60,541 nt of DNA from Octopus bimaculoides. Its lineage: Eukaryota. Position numbers and translations under genes: made by a program. Each line of letters opens with the position of its first letter. Position 1 is the stretch's first letter. The notes below the pieces were generated by a model. The model did no database searches, had not been told where the DNA came from, and saw only the letters and a list, made by a program, of their open reading frames with translations. Below are positions 21,960-34,000 of the stretch, piece after piece. The stretch is taken from positions 8,853,878 through 8,914,418 of the forward strand of contig NC_069009.1 in the NCBI RefSeq assembly GCF_001194135.2. The letters run 5' to 3'.

Positions 21960-24665
21960 TGCTTGAATGTTTGAATGATGACAGGTCAAAAGTGAGAACA
22001 GGTGTAGCATGTCTATCAAACGAACACGAAAATCTTCTTTTCAGGTGCTGAATAACATCTCCCCTTCCCATACCCCTCCCATATTCCTTTCCAAGTTTTT
22101 AGAGTTGGCACTGTCAATGTAGACGCATTGAAAGGTAGGTCTAGTGAGATTGTAGAAATGCTTGAATGGAGATGTGTTGATATATGCTGCATACAAGAGG
22201 TAAGGTGGAGAGGAGCCAGGGTCCTCACAGGCAAGGTACATAGGTATAAAATCTTCTTGGTTGGTTCCTGAAACAAAGAGGGAACTAGGCTATTGGAGTT
22301 CTGTGATGTAAGCAACCTATTAATCTGCAACACCAACTTCAGGAAGCCAGCTAACCACCTGATAATCTATCAATCAGGCAACTCTGCTAGCCAGATTGAT
22401 TTCATCTTCAATAGACAGCAGGATGCATGGTTGCTCTTAAATACAAAGAGCCTCCCTGGTGAAGAATGTATCCCCCCAGCATAGACTAGTCATCGGTGAC
22501 TTTAGACTTGAGGCCAGAAGGATGCCAATAAGCAGACCAATCCGGAAAAGAAGGATTTGGAAGCTTAAGAACCCTTCACATGGTCAGAGATTTAGGGACA
22601 TCCGCATTGAGAAATTTGATGAGAGGGAAGAAGAACTACAGACTTGTAACATAGAGGGTAACTGGAAATCCCAGCATGACAGCTGAGTGCCACAGACCAA
22701 ATCTGCAGCTGGTGCAAAAGTCCCTTCCAGACCTAGGGTAATGTGGTGGTGGAATAATACTGTAGACAGAGCCATTGTAGCAAAGAAACAGCCCTGGAAA
22801 ACCTGGAAGAGTTGGGGTAGCAGGGAACTGTACCAGATAGCCAGAAGGGAGGCTAGAAGACAGGTATATATAGCCAAGGGAGAAGCAGAAAAGAAGAAGT
22901 TTGCCAATGTTCAGCGATATGAGGACCAAAGAACTGAAGTATTTTGGATTGCAAGACAGTGTGTGAGAGAAAATTGTGATACCATAGGAGAGAAATGTAT
23001 CCGCATGGATGATGGTGCACTTGCATTGAATGATTCTGCAAAAAAAGAGGCTTGGAGATGCCATTATGAAAGACTGCTGAATGTGGAGAATGAATGGGAG
23101 GAGGAGTGCCTGCCAAATGTTGACCCAGTCAAGGGACCAGCTACCAAAATCGATAGCACCCTGGTAGATAAAGCAATTAAGGATATCAAATCAGGGAAAG
23201 CCCCTGGCCCATCAGGAATCACTGCTGAGATGCTTAAAATATCTGGCAGTGTGGGTTATGGTCTGGTCACCCGTATTGTAAATCAGGTGATTCACGAAGG
23301 AGTCATACCCAATGATGGATGTAGCAGCACCATAGTCAACTGCTACAAAGGTAAAGGTGATGCCTTAGACAGAAATAATTACAGGGGTATCAAATTGCTG
23401 GATCAGGTGATGAAGTTCACAGAGAGGGTCATAGCCCAACTAATTAGGGAGAGAGTTAGCCTAGATGAGATGCAGTTCAGTTTTGTGCCAGGTAGAAAGC
23501 ACCACTGATACTATATTTCTGGTAAGGGAACTGCAGGAGAAATACCTAGCCAAAGATAAACCTCTGTACTTGGCTTTTGTTGACTTGGAGAAAGCCTTTG
23601 ATAGGGTCCCCCTTATCTGGTGAGCAATGTGGAAACTAGAGATAGATGAGTGGTTAGTAAGAGCTGTACAGGCTCTGTACAGGGACACTGTCAGTAAGGT
23701 GAGGGTCGGTAACGAGTATAGCGAAGAATTCTGGGTAGAAGTAGGGGTTCACCAAGGACCAGTCCTCAGCCCCCTCTTATTCATCATAGTCCTCGAGGCA
23801 ATAACAGGAATTCAGGACAGGCTGCCCTGAGAGCTCCTCTATGTGGATGACCTTGCTCTACCAGAACTAGAGAAGAAATTTCAGGTGTGGAAACAAAGCC
23901 TAGAATTGAAGAGCCTTAGAGTTAATGTAGCAAAAACCAAAGTTCTAGTAAGTAGGATGGCAGACAAATGACAAACCCCTTCAGATAGATGGCCCTACTC
24001 GATCTGTAGAAAAGGTGTAGGTAGAAACTCCATAAGATGTACCTAGTGTCAGCTATGGACACATAAGAGGTGCAGCAATATCAAAGGAAGGTTAACTGGG
24101 AAGATAGTTTTTGTGTGCGNNNNNNNNNNCTATGGACACATAAGAGGTGCAGCAATATCAAAGGAAGGTTAACTGGGAAGATAGTTTTTGTGTGCGGCAG
24201 ATGCACAGGGGCAATAAACACCGAAGATGTTCAGAAAACAGATTCCATCACATGCCAGGGAGAGAAACTAGAAGTAGTTGATAGCTTCCATTACCTGGGT
24301 GACCAAGTCTGTAGTAGGGGTGGATGCTCTGAGAGCATTGCTACTAGAATAAGAATAGCCTGGGCAAAGTTCAGAGAGCTCCTACCTCTGCTGGTGACAA
24401 AGGGCCTCTCACTCAGAGTGAAAGGTAGACTGTATGACATGTGTACGAACAGCCATGCTACACTGCAGTGAAACATGGGCCATGACTGCTGAGGACATAC
24501 ATAGGCTTGGCTTGAAAGAAATGAAGCTAGCATGATCCACTGGATGTGTAATGTCAGTGTGTATGCACGACAGAGTGTAAGTGCCCTGAGAGAAATGGTG
24601 GATATAAGAAGCATCAGATGTGGCGTGCAAGAGAGATGACTGCGCTGGTGTGGTCATGTGCTGAG
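21960..24665 (+). mobile_element. Near full-length but inactivated RTE-clade LINE (APE endonuclease, RT, PHD-like finger)
   Basis: APE N-terminus RVGTVNVDALKGRSSEIVEML..VDICCIQEVRWRG at ~22101; APE C-terminus SQIDFI..QHRLVIGDF; RT KAPGPSGITAEML, NYRGIKLL, FVDLEKAFDRVP, GVHQGPVLSPLLF, LLYVDDL; C-terminal LGDQV..GGC. Stops, frameshifts and internal deletions are present. Confidence 0.92.
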
Positions 24666-25009
24666 TGGGGTAGCATCATATCCATGTGTTAAGAGGAATT
24701 CTTTGGGGTTTGGATAATTCACCTTTGGAAACATGGGTATTTTGTTCATCCTTAAACAAACCTTATTGAGGGACCTTTTGAGTGTGATGGGCTACTCAAC
24801 CTGAAGAAAATTCTAATTAGATCTCACCTGCAAGGTCATGCGCTGTTTATCTTGATATGAGATCACCATGTCACACACATATGGTTGTGATGCATGTGCC
24901 TAACGTACCCTTATCAGACATGTAGTCATGATGGGTATACTGGACTTCGTATATTTTACCCCAGTGTCATTTTGATGACATGCATTGCTCTCTCACTCAA
25001 TAATAATAA

Positions 25010-25295
25010 TGGTTTCAAATTTTGTCACAAGGACAGCAATTTTGGGGGAAGAGGATGAGTTGATTACATCGACCGCAGTGAATATTTTAATCTTTTTATT
25101 CTTGTTGTCACATCCTGCAATGAGGTTATTGGATCTAACCAGAAAGATCCTTCATCTGGTACTTATTTTATCAGCCTTGAAAAGATGAAAGTTGAAATCG
25201 ACCTCGCTGGAATTTGAACTCACAACGTAGCAACAGGCGAAATACCACTAAGCATTTCTCCTGGCGTACTAATGGTTTAGCCAGCTCGCTGCCCT
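25010..25295 (-). mobile_element. SINE family B flanked by (AAT)n tracts
   Basis: The minus strand reads GGCAGCGAGCTGGC...GAGTTCAAATTCC...CTTTCATC...ATAAAATAAGTACC...AAAATTTGAAACC. Confidence 0.75.
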
Positions 25296-25759
25296 AATAA
25301 TAATAATAATAATCGCTTTAATAATAAGTACCTGGTTCGATTCATTCAAACAAAAATTCTCCAAGGTGGGTGCCCCCAGCATGGCTTCAGTCTAATTACT
25401 GAAACAAGTAAGACATAATAAGAGGGAGCACATGAAAGGAAATGCACTGATTGAAGTGAAGGGTAAAGCGTCATATCATTGTTGTGTGGTTAAAATGATA
25501 TTTAAAAGTGTGTATATATGTGTGCATGTGGACATAATCATTTCTCTCTTTCTATCAAATGTACACAACTATACACATGCACATACATACAGGCATTCAT
25601 ACATATAAGCACATTCATTCATACAAATACATATACACACACGAACACACATACATACACACACACACATCTATACACATACATATAAACATGCATTCAT
25701 ACAGACATACACATACATGCATACATCCATATATATATATATATATATATACACATACA

Positions 25760-28700
25760 CACAACCGATGCAGACTTTGTGGAGTTAACACTGAAGATAT
25801 CGCCCACATCATAAGCAGTTGTCCGAAAACGTGATCACGGTATTATCTACCGATGAGACATGATGTTGTAGCAAGAACAATGAAATCCGTCGGAAGGATA
25901 ACACTGAAGACAAAGAGATAAGAACCCACAGTATGATAGAAGCCATAGCAATTCATAATTAAAAGGAGTACTGGTGGAATGTCCCAGTAAAAACCTCAAT
26001 GAAATGTAAACACAACTGTTATATGGACCGTTGGATTTGTTTGTGGTTCGTCTAAAGTCCCATGTTTCAAAGTAGTTCGCCTGGGGTCCTTGTTTCGTTG
26101 TTGTTTTGAATGACTGTCGAGGTTATTGATATATATGGCGAGGACAACATTCTTGTTTCTTGATAACAAACATTCGGTGAGTGCGTTCTTTGTTTATAGT
26201 TAATAAATAAATGTGATAACTAAATAGTACAAACTCGTTGTGTTTACTCTGCGAGTCCCCCGAGAGGAATACAACAGAGTTTATTGGCATCGTCGATAGG
26301 ATTACATGCATACTTTGCCGTAAAATTGTTCATCTTAATAACATGGCGGAAAAACAGACTGTAGAGCTGATAAAGTCGTTTAGGGAACAAATGGAACAAC
26401 AAATGCAGCAACATAAGAGAGATATGGACACTCTGTTAAAACTGTTTGGTGTCCAACAAGTTGAAGGCGATTCCAGTGGCTATTTTTCAGCTGCTTCGAC
26501 AACAGTGTCGATTCCACCATTTGCTGCATTTGATTCAACGACAGAACTATGGCCTGGTTACTGGTCAAGATTCCGCACGTTTGTGGCTGCTAATGCTGTA
26601 CCTGAACAACGCATGGCACAAGTGTTCCTGACCAATCAGACCGCTACTATTTACAAGCAACTTGCTAATCTGGCTACTCAACAAAATCCGCCTAAAGATA
26701 TCAACAACTTGACAATGGACGAAATCGTTGACTTCATGAAGGAACAGTTCGACCGAAAACTTTTCATTGTGAGAGAGCGTTTCAAGTTTTGGAGTGATAT
26801 GCAACAGAAGCCAGGCAAAACTCTCCAGGAGCTGGCAGCACGTATANNNNNNNNNNNNNNNNNNNNNNNNNNNNNNNNNNNNNNNNNNNNNNNNNNNNNN
26901 NNNNNNNNNNNNNNNNNNNNNNNNNNNNNNNNNNNNNNNNNNNNNNNNNNNNNNNNNNNNNNAACGCAATGGCCACTCACAAACTCCCATGAAAAGAATC
27001 ACAAAAGCTGAGCTAGTCAAGGCGATCCTAGGCGAAGTTTCCCAGGATGCTCATAGTCTGATTGTGCCAATAACAATCCAGAACAGACTGTTCACAATGG
27101 AATTGGACACTGCCACTACAGGCAATTTTGTTTCCTTGTCAGTCTGGAAACAACTTGGAAGACCAAAGCTGCAAGATGTCAAGCATCGCTATGAATCTGC
27201 CAGCAAGCACAACCTGCCTGTTCTAGGAACTTTCATGGGCCAAACCAAGGATCCAACAACCGGTAAGCAGGATCTTATACCATACATTGTCACCAAGATC
27301 TCTGATCTTAATTTGCTGGAACGAAATGCTATCCAGACTCTGGGAATTTCCGTGGACACTGCTCTAGATTTGAAAAGCATAGACAGCCAAGCCAAGAGGG
27401 AAGGTGCAGAAGTGTTATATCCAAAGACCTCAAGTGAGCCCTATGTTTCCCTGCAACAAGATTGTCACAACATGTGTGATGAATTCCCAGATCTTTTCAA
27501 GCAAGAATTGGGATGTCTCAAGAACTTTGAACTGGAAGTGAAATTCAAATTGGACGCAACACCAGTCTTTCACAAGGCACGTCTGGTCCCGTTTGCTCTT
27601 CGTGATGACCTGGCCAAAGGTTACGAAGAAGGTATTGCCAAGGGAATCTGGAAGCCAGTCCAGTTCAATGAATACGGAACGCCAGTGGTACCGATTCGTA
27701 AAGCACATGCTTCAAGCAACCTGAAGCCCAAACTATGGATTTGTGGTGACTACTCTGTGGGAATTAATGACCAACTTGCAGATCACCGTCATCCAATGCC
27801 ACTCCAAGTTGAACTGATGCAGAAACTCGGAGGTGGATTCGGATATACTAAGATTGACCTTGCTGATGCCTATAATCAGATCAAGCTGGCTCCAGAAAGT
27901 CAACGCAGACTCGCACTNNNNNNNNNNNNNNNNNNNNNNNNNNNNNNNNNNNNNNNNNNNNNNNNNNNNNNNNNNNNNNNNNNNNNNNNNNNNNNNNNNN
28001 NNNNNNNNNNNNNNNNNNNNNNNNNNNNNNNNNNNNNNNNNNNNNNNNNNNNNNNNNNNNNNNNNNNNNNNNNNNNNNNNNNNNNNNNNNNNNNNNNNNN
28101 NNNNNNNNNNNNNNNNNNNNNNNNNNNNNNNNNNNNNNNNNNNNNNNNNNNNNNNNNNNNNNNNNNNNNNNNNNNNNNNNNNNNNNNNNNNNNNNNNNNN
28201 NNNNNNNNNNNNNNNNNNNNNNNNNNNNNNNNNNNNNNNNNNNNNNNNGGAGTGGCCGTCTTCCAGGACGACATGCTCGTCAGTGGGAAAGATGCAAACA
28301 GTCACCTAAACAACCTAAAGTGTCTGCTCACACATCTAAGCGACAATGGACTTAGATGTCGCCGTGAAAAGTGTCAGTTTGCACTACCCAGTGTAAAATA
28401 CCGTGGACACATTTTGTCGACTGAAGGGATGCAACAACAACAGGCCTGATATAATGATTTGGGATAGAGAAGAGAAACTGTGTAAAGTTTTGGAAATTAG
28501 CTGCCCAGAGGATGTTAACATAAAGCTGAAGATCAGTGAACAAGAGAATACCTATGCTGAATGGTTGAGAAATCTGCAGTTAATCTATCAAGATTACAAG
28601 TTCAGGTTTATACCTGTAATTATTGGAGCCCTATGGATATGTAAGACACTGCCTAAATACCAATCTTCAGAAATTAGGCTTCTCAAAATCAGAAAGGAGA

Positions 28701-28790
28701 ATTTAAAGACTACAGATCCAATCCATCACTGTAACTGTAAAAATCTGAAAAACTTTCCACAAGTTTATCATTTAAATATATATGAGTATG
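25760..28790 (+). mobile_element. RLE-type (R4-like) non-LTR retrotransposon 3' end, split by a Gypsy insertion (pieces 25760-26016 and 28442-28790)
   Basis: Left piece has CCHC NRCRLCGVNTEDIAHIISSC..RHDVVA and ends EYWWNVPVKTSMKCKHN; right piece continues RPDIMIWD..VLEISCPED..IPVIIGAL (PD..E..K RLE). Confidence 0.85.
26017..28436 (+). mobile_element. Gypsy LTR retrotransposon (K02A2.6/Mag-like): intact 5' LTR, gag-protease-RT, 3' part deleted
   Basis: LTR TGTTA..CAACA at 26017-26276; PBS-like TGGCATCGTCGATAGGATT at 26285-26303 resembles a tRNA-Ser PBS; gag ATG at 26343; protease ELDTATT; RT ICGDYS, KIDLADAYNQI, VFQDDMLV; 5-bp TSD ACAAC at 26012-26016 and 28437-28441. Confidence 0.92.
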
Positions 28791-29318
28791 TCTAGATATG
28801 CAACTATATACATGAGAATACATACACAAGGCAAAACATACAAATCTCCACATATACATACTTACGTACAAAAATACCCTGTTGTTGATGTTGAAATTCC
28901 AATGAAGAAGTCTAGGATCTAGGTTAGAAACCAGCTCTTTATTAGCAAGAAGGCTTGAATTAAAACTAAATAAAGGCATACGCATACATACATACACAAA
29001 CACCACATACATACATACACTTAGACCGCCATATATGTAACTAAGTTTAAAAGGTCAATTTAAGTCGTTTAAAACTTTAATTTCTATAACTGTATATTTT
29101 TTTTTTCTCAAAGAAATACATTCAATAACTTTTAGATTTTATTTGTTTCTCCAATTTCTTCTGCATTTTACTTCCAATTTTTACGAAATTTAAGGTAAAT
29201 GTGAAAAACAATTAAATTTGTATAAAGAAAGAAAAGAAAAGGGTAATAGGGGTATATATAAATACATCAAAGTTGATTTGAAATACTGAAATGAACACAA
29301 ATATATTGTTTATTATTT

Positions 29319-29460
29319 GGTAAATTTTCAGATTAACACCCGCACGATTTTCACTAGGGTTTTAGGGTCAGGGTTAGGGTTAGGGTTAGGGTTAGGGACG
29401 GAATTCCCTAACCCTAATACCCAAGTGAAAATCGTGCGGGTGTTAATCTGAAAATTTACC
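29319..29460. repeat. Perfect 37-bp inverted repeat enclosing (TTAGGG)n-like repeats (MITE-like hairpin)
   Basis: Arms 29319-29355 and 29424-29460 are exact reverse complements; the interior contains GGGTTAGGGTTAGGGTTAGGGTTAGGG and CCCTAACCCTAA. Confidence 0.9.
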
Positions 29461-29929
29461 GGAAAACAATAAATATTTACGTAATTTATAAACATTTAAT
29501 TAGAAACAACATATACAAAATAATTACAAGATGTAATGATGTATAAAAGTCATCAAAAAATTCCAAACAATAAATAAAGTTGTTTTCTTATCTGTTCCAA
29601 TGAGTGGTTGTGGCCGTGCTGGAGCACCGCCATTACAGGACAAGTAATCGTACCCGAGCTGCTTAGGATCCTTAGCCTAAGTGAACAATAATTTGTTTTC
29701 GTTTCGATATCTTAAATATACATTGATGTATTTGTATATACCTTACTTTCAAGAAATTCACCGATTTACCGACAATCTCTCTGTCAGTCAGTCTTTCTCT
29801 CTCCCTCTCTCTCATTCTCTCTCTCTCTCTCTCTCTCTGTTTGTACGTACGAATATAGGTATGTATGTGTGTATACATAAAAAAAGGGGGATACACACAG
29901 ATGCAAGTATAAATGTATGTTTACACACT

Positions 29930-30100
29930 GTAAACGTCCCGCCCCAAAATAGAGAGCGGGCCGCAACTCACCTCCACTGCCCTTTCCACCAAATTACTCA
30001 ACTGACCATCGAACCGGGTGCTGCACAATGTGAGTTCGATTTAGAGGTAAGTTAGTGACCACGTGCTTCGGATGTTGTTAGCTTGCGTTGCTAGGAGACA
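29930..30100. promoter_or_regulatory. Candidate (bidirectional) promoter / first-exon region with an RFX X-box
   Basis: Locally CpG-rich unique sequence. Plus-strand donor GAG|GTAAGT at 30047, minus-strand donor GAG|GTGAGT at 29971, X-box-like GTTGCTAGGAGAC at 30087-30099 and E-box CACGTG at ~30059. Confidence 0.45.
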
Positions 30101-30214
30101 AACAAGAGGAGGGGTAGTTGAGAGAAATGTTTCTTTTGGAGGTGAAACTGTTAGAGGGGGAGAGATACAGAGACAGTCTGTCTGACTGAGTCTCTCCCTC
30201 CTCCCTCTCTGTAT

Positions 30215-30545
30215 ATTCTTTTATCGTTTACTTGTTTCAGTCATTTGACTGCGGCCATGCTGGGGCACAGCTTTGAAGAAATTCTTAGTCGATTGAATCG
30301 ACCCCAGTACTTCTTTTTTTTAAGCCTTGTACTTAGTCTATGAATCTCTTTTGCCGAACCCCCCAGCACCAGTTGTTAAGCGGTGGTGGGGGATAAACAC
30401 ACGCACACACCGGGTTTCTTTCAGTTTCCGCCTACCAATTCCACTCACAAATCTCTGGTCAGCCTGAGGCTGTAGTAGAAGACACTTGACCATGGTGCCA
30501 TCTTGTGGTTGGGAAGCTAACTTCTTGTCTCACAGCCACGCCTAT
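30215..30545 (-). mobile_element. SINE family A (internally deleted)
   Basis: Reverse complement of both SINE A halves. Confidence 0.75.
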
Positions 30546-30589
30546 ATATGTGCGTGCGTGTATGTATAACATCATCATCATTTAACGTC

Positions 30590-31680
30590 CGAGTGTAGCA
30601 ATGAATTCAGTGTACAAGTAGGAGTTCAGCAAAGATCGGTTCTCAACTACCTTTTGGCCATCATAGTCCTTCCTCCAGGCCATAACAATGGAATTTAAGT
30701 CGAGCTGCTCTTAGGAGCTTCTCTACGCTGATGACCTATTCGATATGTAGAACAGATGTGGGTAGAGACGCTGTACTCAGTGCAAGCTATGGACACATAA
30801 GTGGTGCAACAGAATCAGAGAAAGATTATCAAGGAAAGTAATGTCGGTGCGTGGCTGATAGATAGGTACAATAGACACTAGGAATTTACAGAAAATAGAC
30901 TTCGTCAAATGCCCGGGGGCGGAGTCCTTAGAAGTTGTAGATAGCTTCCGTTACCTAGGTGACTAAGTCAACAGTGGCGGTCGATGCTCTGAGAGTGTAG
31001 CTGTGAGAATAAGACAAAGTTCAGAGAGCTTCTACTTTCGTTGGTAACAAACGACCCCCCCCCCCTTCAAAGTGAAAGGCGGATTGTATGATGCCTTGCT
31101 ACATGGCAGTAAGACATGACTGTGAATGTAGAGGACATGCGAGGGTTTGAAAGAAATGAAGCCAGTATGCTCCGCTGGTTGTACAATGTCAATGTGCACA
31201 TACGGCAGAGTGTAAGAGTCTATTGAGACTGCGCTGGTATGATCATGTGATGCATGCGCGTGGACGAGGACAGCTGCGTAAAGAAGTGCCGAGCTCTAAC
31301 TGTAGGAAACCTGTAGAAGAGGTAGACCCAGAAAGACGTGGGATAAGGTGGTGAAATATGATCTTCGGTTGTTGAGTCTTACAGAAGCGATGACAAGTGA
31401 CCGAGACTTTTGACAATTTGCTGCGCTTGAGAAGACACGTCGAAACCGTAGTCATGGCCAGGGACGGTGACACGCAGAAGGCACCGGTGCCGGTGACACG
31501 TAAAATACACCCAGTACACTCTGTGGAGTGGTTGGCATTAGGAAGGGAAGGGCATGCAGCTGTAGAAACCAAGTCAACTCAGACTGGAGCCTGGTACAGC
31601 TCTCCAGCTTACCAGTTTCTATTCAAACCGTCTGACCCATGCTAGCATGGAAAATGGACACTAAATGATGATTATGATAT
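30590..31680 (+). mobile_element. Degenerate RTE LINE 3' half with multiple deletions
   Basis: ELLYADDL at ~30714, LWTHKWC..CG finger remnant, LEVVDSFRYLGD, RGRPRKTWDKVV, and a 3' UTR ending GGACACTAAATGATGA. Confidence 0.8.
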
Positions 31681-31764
31681 ATAGTCATTAATATTTAGTA
31701 GAAGTAACAGCGAGACTCAAGGTCCGAGAGTTTCGTACGTTGGCACTATTCATCATACTATATA

Positions 31765-33090
31765 CACAGACATGCAGGAAGCAAATAAACACCTTTAATT
31801 TTCAAAATTTCTGATCTAAGCATCTTAATATGTAGAATTTACAATGTAATTATTCTTTTTCATTCCAGGTGCCATTATATTAAACATTTGTGAAGAGTAA
31901 CCATGCCACACAGAAAATTCAGCAGAACTGTCAGATTTTCAAAGCGGTCGTATTGTTGGGCAATCCGAGGCTGGTCTCAGCCAGCGAAAAATTGCCAAAG
32001 ATCTTCAAATTCCTCTTGCTAGTGTTAATAGAATTAAAGTGCAATTCAAAAGCTAAGGAAAAGAATCAACAGATTCTCGTCCCGGCTGACCCGGGCCCTC
32101 GGAAAGGAAGCTTCGCTGTTTGAAGAGAATTGTGGAAAACAAGCCCCATTCGAAGGCTTCTGACATTGCAAAGCAGCTAGAAGTTAGTCCAAGAACGTGT
32201 GTTACATATGCTTGAATATTATGGNNNNNNNNNNCATTGCAAAGCAGCTAGAAGTTAGTCCAAGAACGTGTGTTACATATGCTTGAATATTATGGACGAG
32301 CAGCTAGAAGAAAACCACTCCTTCAACCAATTAATATAATGAAGAGAAAGAAATGGGCTAAGGAGATGTCAGAAAAATCCAGTTCATTTTGGGATAGAGT
32401 GATTTTCTCAGATGAATCCAGATTTGCATTATTTTCAGACAGGGGACATGTTTGGGTCTGGAGGCTTCCCAATCAAGAATTTGATTTGAAACGACTCCAA
32501 CCAACTATGAAACAAGGCGGTATCTCTGTAATGATATGGGGAGCTGTCACCAGCAATGGTCGTTCTGAGCTGATCGAATGTGTTGGAAGCATAAACTCTG
32601 AAAAATACATCGAAATACTTAAGCAAGGACTATTTCCGATGTATCCACACGATAACATAACGAAAAATGATTTTCATTCATGGAAGATGGGGCTCCATGC
32701 CACACAGCGAAAAGGAATCAACAATGGCTGACTGAAAATGGGATCAAAAAGCTTCCTTAGCTGAGCCAATCTCCTGACATGAACCCAATTGAAAATCTCT
32801 GGAACATACTAGATAGAGCTATGCGAAAAACTCAACAGAAATCTAAATCTAAAGTTGAATTGTTTCGATTGTTGCGTGAAAAGTGGGCAGAAATTCCACA
32901 AGAGACAATCCACAAAGCTCATTAGTTCAATGCCAAAAAGAGTTTCTGAATTAAAAACTGCAAAGGGAATGTCAACTAAATACTAAAGTATGTAGTCCTA
33001 CCTATCGATTACATTTCAATTGTTCGCTTTGCGTATTAAATAAAAGATTTTGAAAATTAAAGGTGTCTATTTACTTCCTGCATGTCTGTG
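31765..33090 (+). mobile_element. Complete Tc1-family (DD34E-type) DNA transposon, inactivated
   Basis: ~44-bp TIRs CACAGACATGCAGGAAG(C/T)AAATA(A/G)ACACCTTTAATTTTCAAAAT with TA TSDs at 31763-31764 and 33091-33092. Transposase remnants: ELSDFQ.GRIVG, ARRKPLL, WDRVIFSDESRF, VMIWG, FMEDGAPCHT, SPDMNPIENLW, ..KGMSTKY*; contains frameshifts and stops. Confidence 0.93.
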
Positions 33091-33889
33091 TAAGAAATTT
33101 GTTTCCCAACCACATGGTTCATGGTTCAGTATGTGTGGTACCTTGGGCAAGTCTTTTCTACTATAACCCTGAGCCAACCAAAGCCTTCCTTGTGAGTGGA
33201 TTTGGTTGATGGGAACTGACGAAAGCATACACACACACACACACGTGTGTGCGTGCATGTGTGTGTGTGTGTGTGTGTGTGCGTGCGTGCGAGCAGGATT
33301 AGGAAAAGTGAATTGTGGATAACGATCAATGAAAAGGGAAGACACCAGACCAAGCCGTCGGTAGACCGGAAAAACACGAGACGGAAAGAGTAATACAAGT
33401 AGAGAGATTGAGAGTGAGGGAGAATGAGAGAGACAAGGAAAAGAAAGAGGTAGAAAGGTTGAAGGGAAGCGAGCAAACGTGAGCAAAAGAGCGAGATAGA
33501 GACAAAACGTGAAAGAAAGGAAGAACTATAGAAAGATAGAGGGAAGGAGAGCGAGCGAGCAGAGAGGGAAAGAGAGAGAGAGAGAGAAAAGAAAGAGAAA
33601 GAGAGAAATAAAGAAAAGATGTAGATAGATAGAAGGAAGAAGGGCGGATCTGTTCAATCTCAGTCAGGTTTTTTTAATTAATTCTTTTTTTTTTAAAGTA
33701 AACAGTTAGAAACTTCAGATACTGGTTGTCACGTAGAATAGGGTTTTGAAAAGATCCCGGGCGGCAAGCGAAAGAGAGAGAGAGAGAGAAAGAGGGAGAA
33801 AGAGAGCTAGCGAGATGATGTTGATGATGAGGAAAATGACGACGACGATGATGATGATGAGGCTGATGATGACGATGATGATTTATCTG

Positions 33890-34000
33890 AACCAAACAGG
33901 AAGTATTTCAATAGGTTTACCTCGGTAGTTTGTGCAGCCAGTTGCTATGGAAGGTTGCTATGGTGAATATTGTTTACAACAGCTGCAATATGGCGTCCTT
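33890..34000. promoter_or_regulatory. Motif cluster: ETS, two RFX half/X-boxes and a YY1-like ATGGCG
   Basis: ACAGGAAGT (~33896), GTTGCTATGGAAGG and GTTGCTATGGTGAA (~33941-33967), CAATATGGCG (~33986); set in an island of unique sequence among microsatellites. Confidence 0.3.

Noticed and set aside
24054-24196. Direct duplications either side of 10-N gaps (also 32163-32296)
   Set aside because: Identical sequence flanking a minimal gap is typical of unmerged contig overlap, so this is an assembly artefact.
28880-28945. CCAATGA...GAAACC hammerhead-like spacing
   Set aside because: The core deviates at two conserved positions and no stem I pairing is visible.
33810-33960. Acidic poly-Asp frame (DDVDDEENDDDD..LSEPNRKYFNR)
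   Set aside because: Explained by a (GAT)n microsatellite; no splice or start context links it to a gene.
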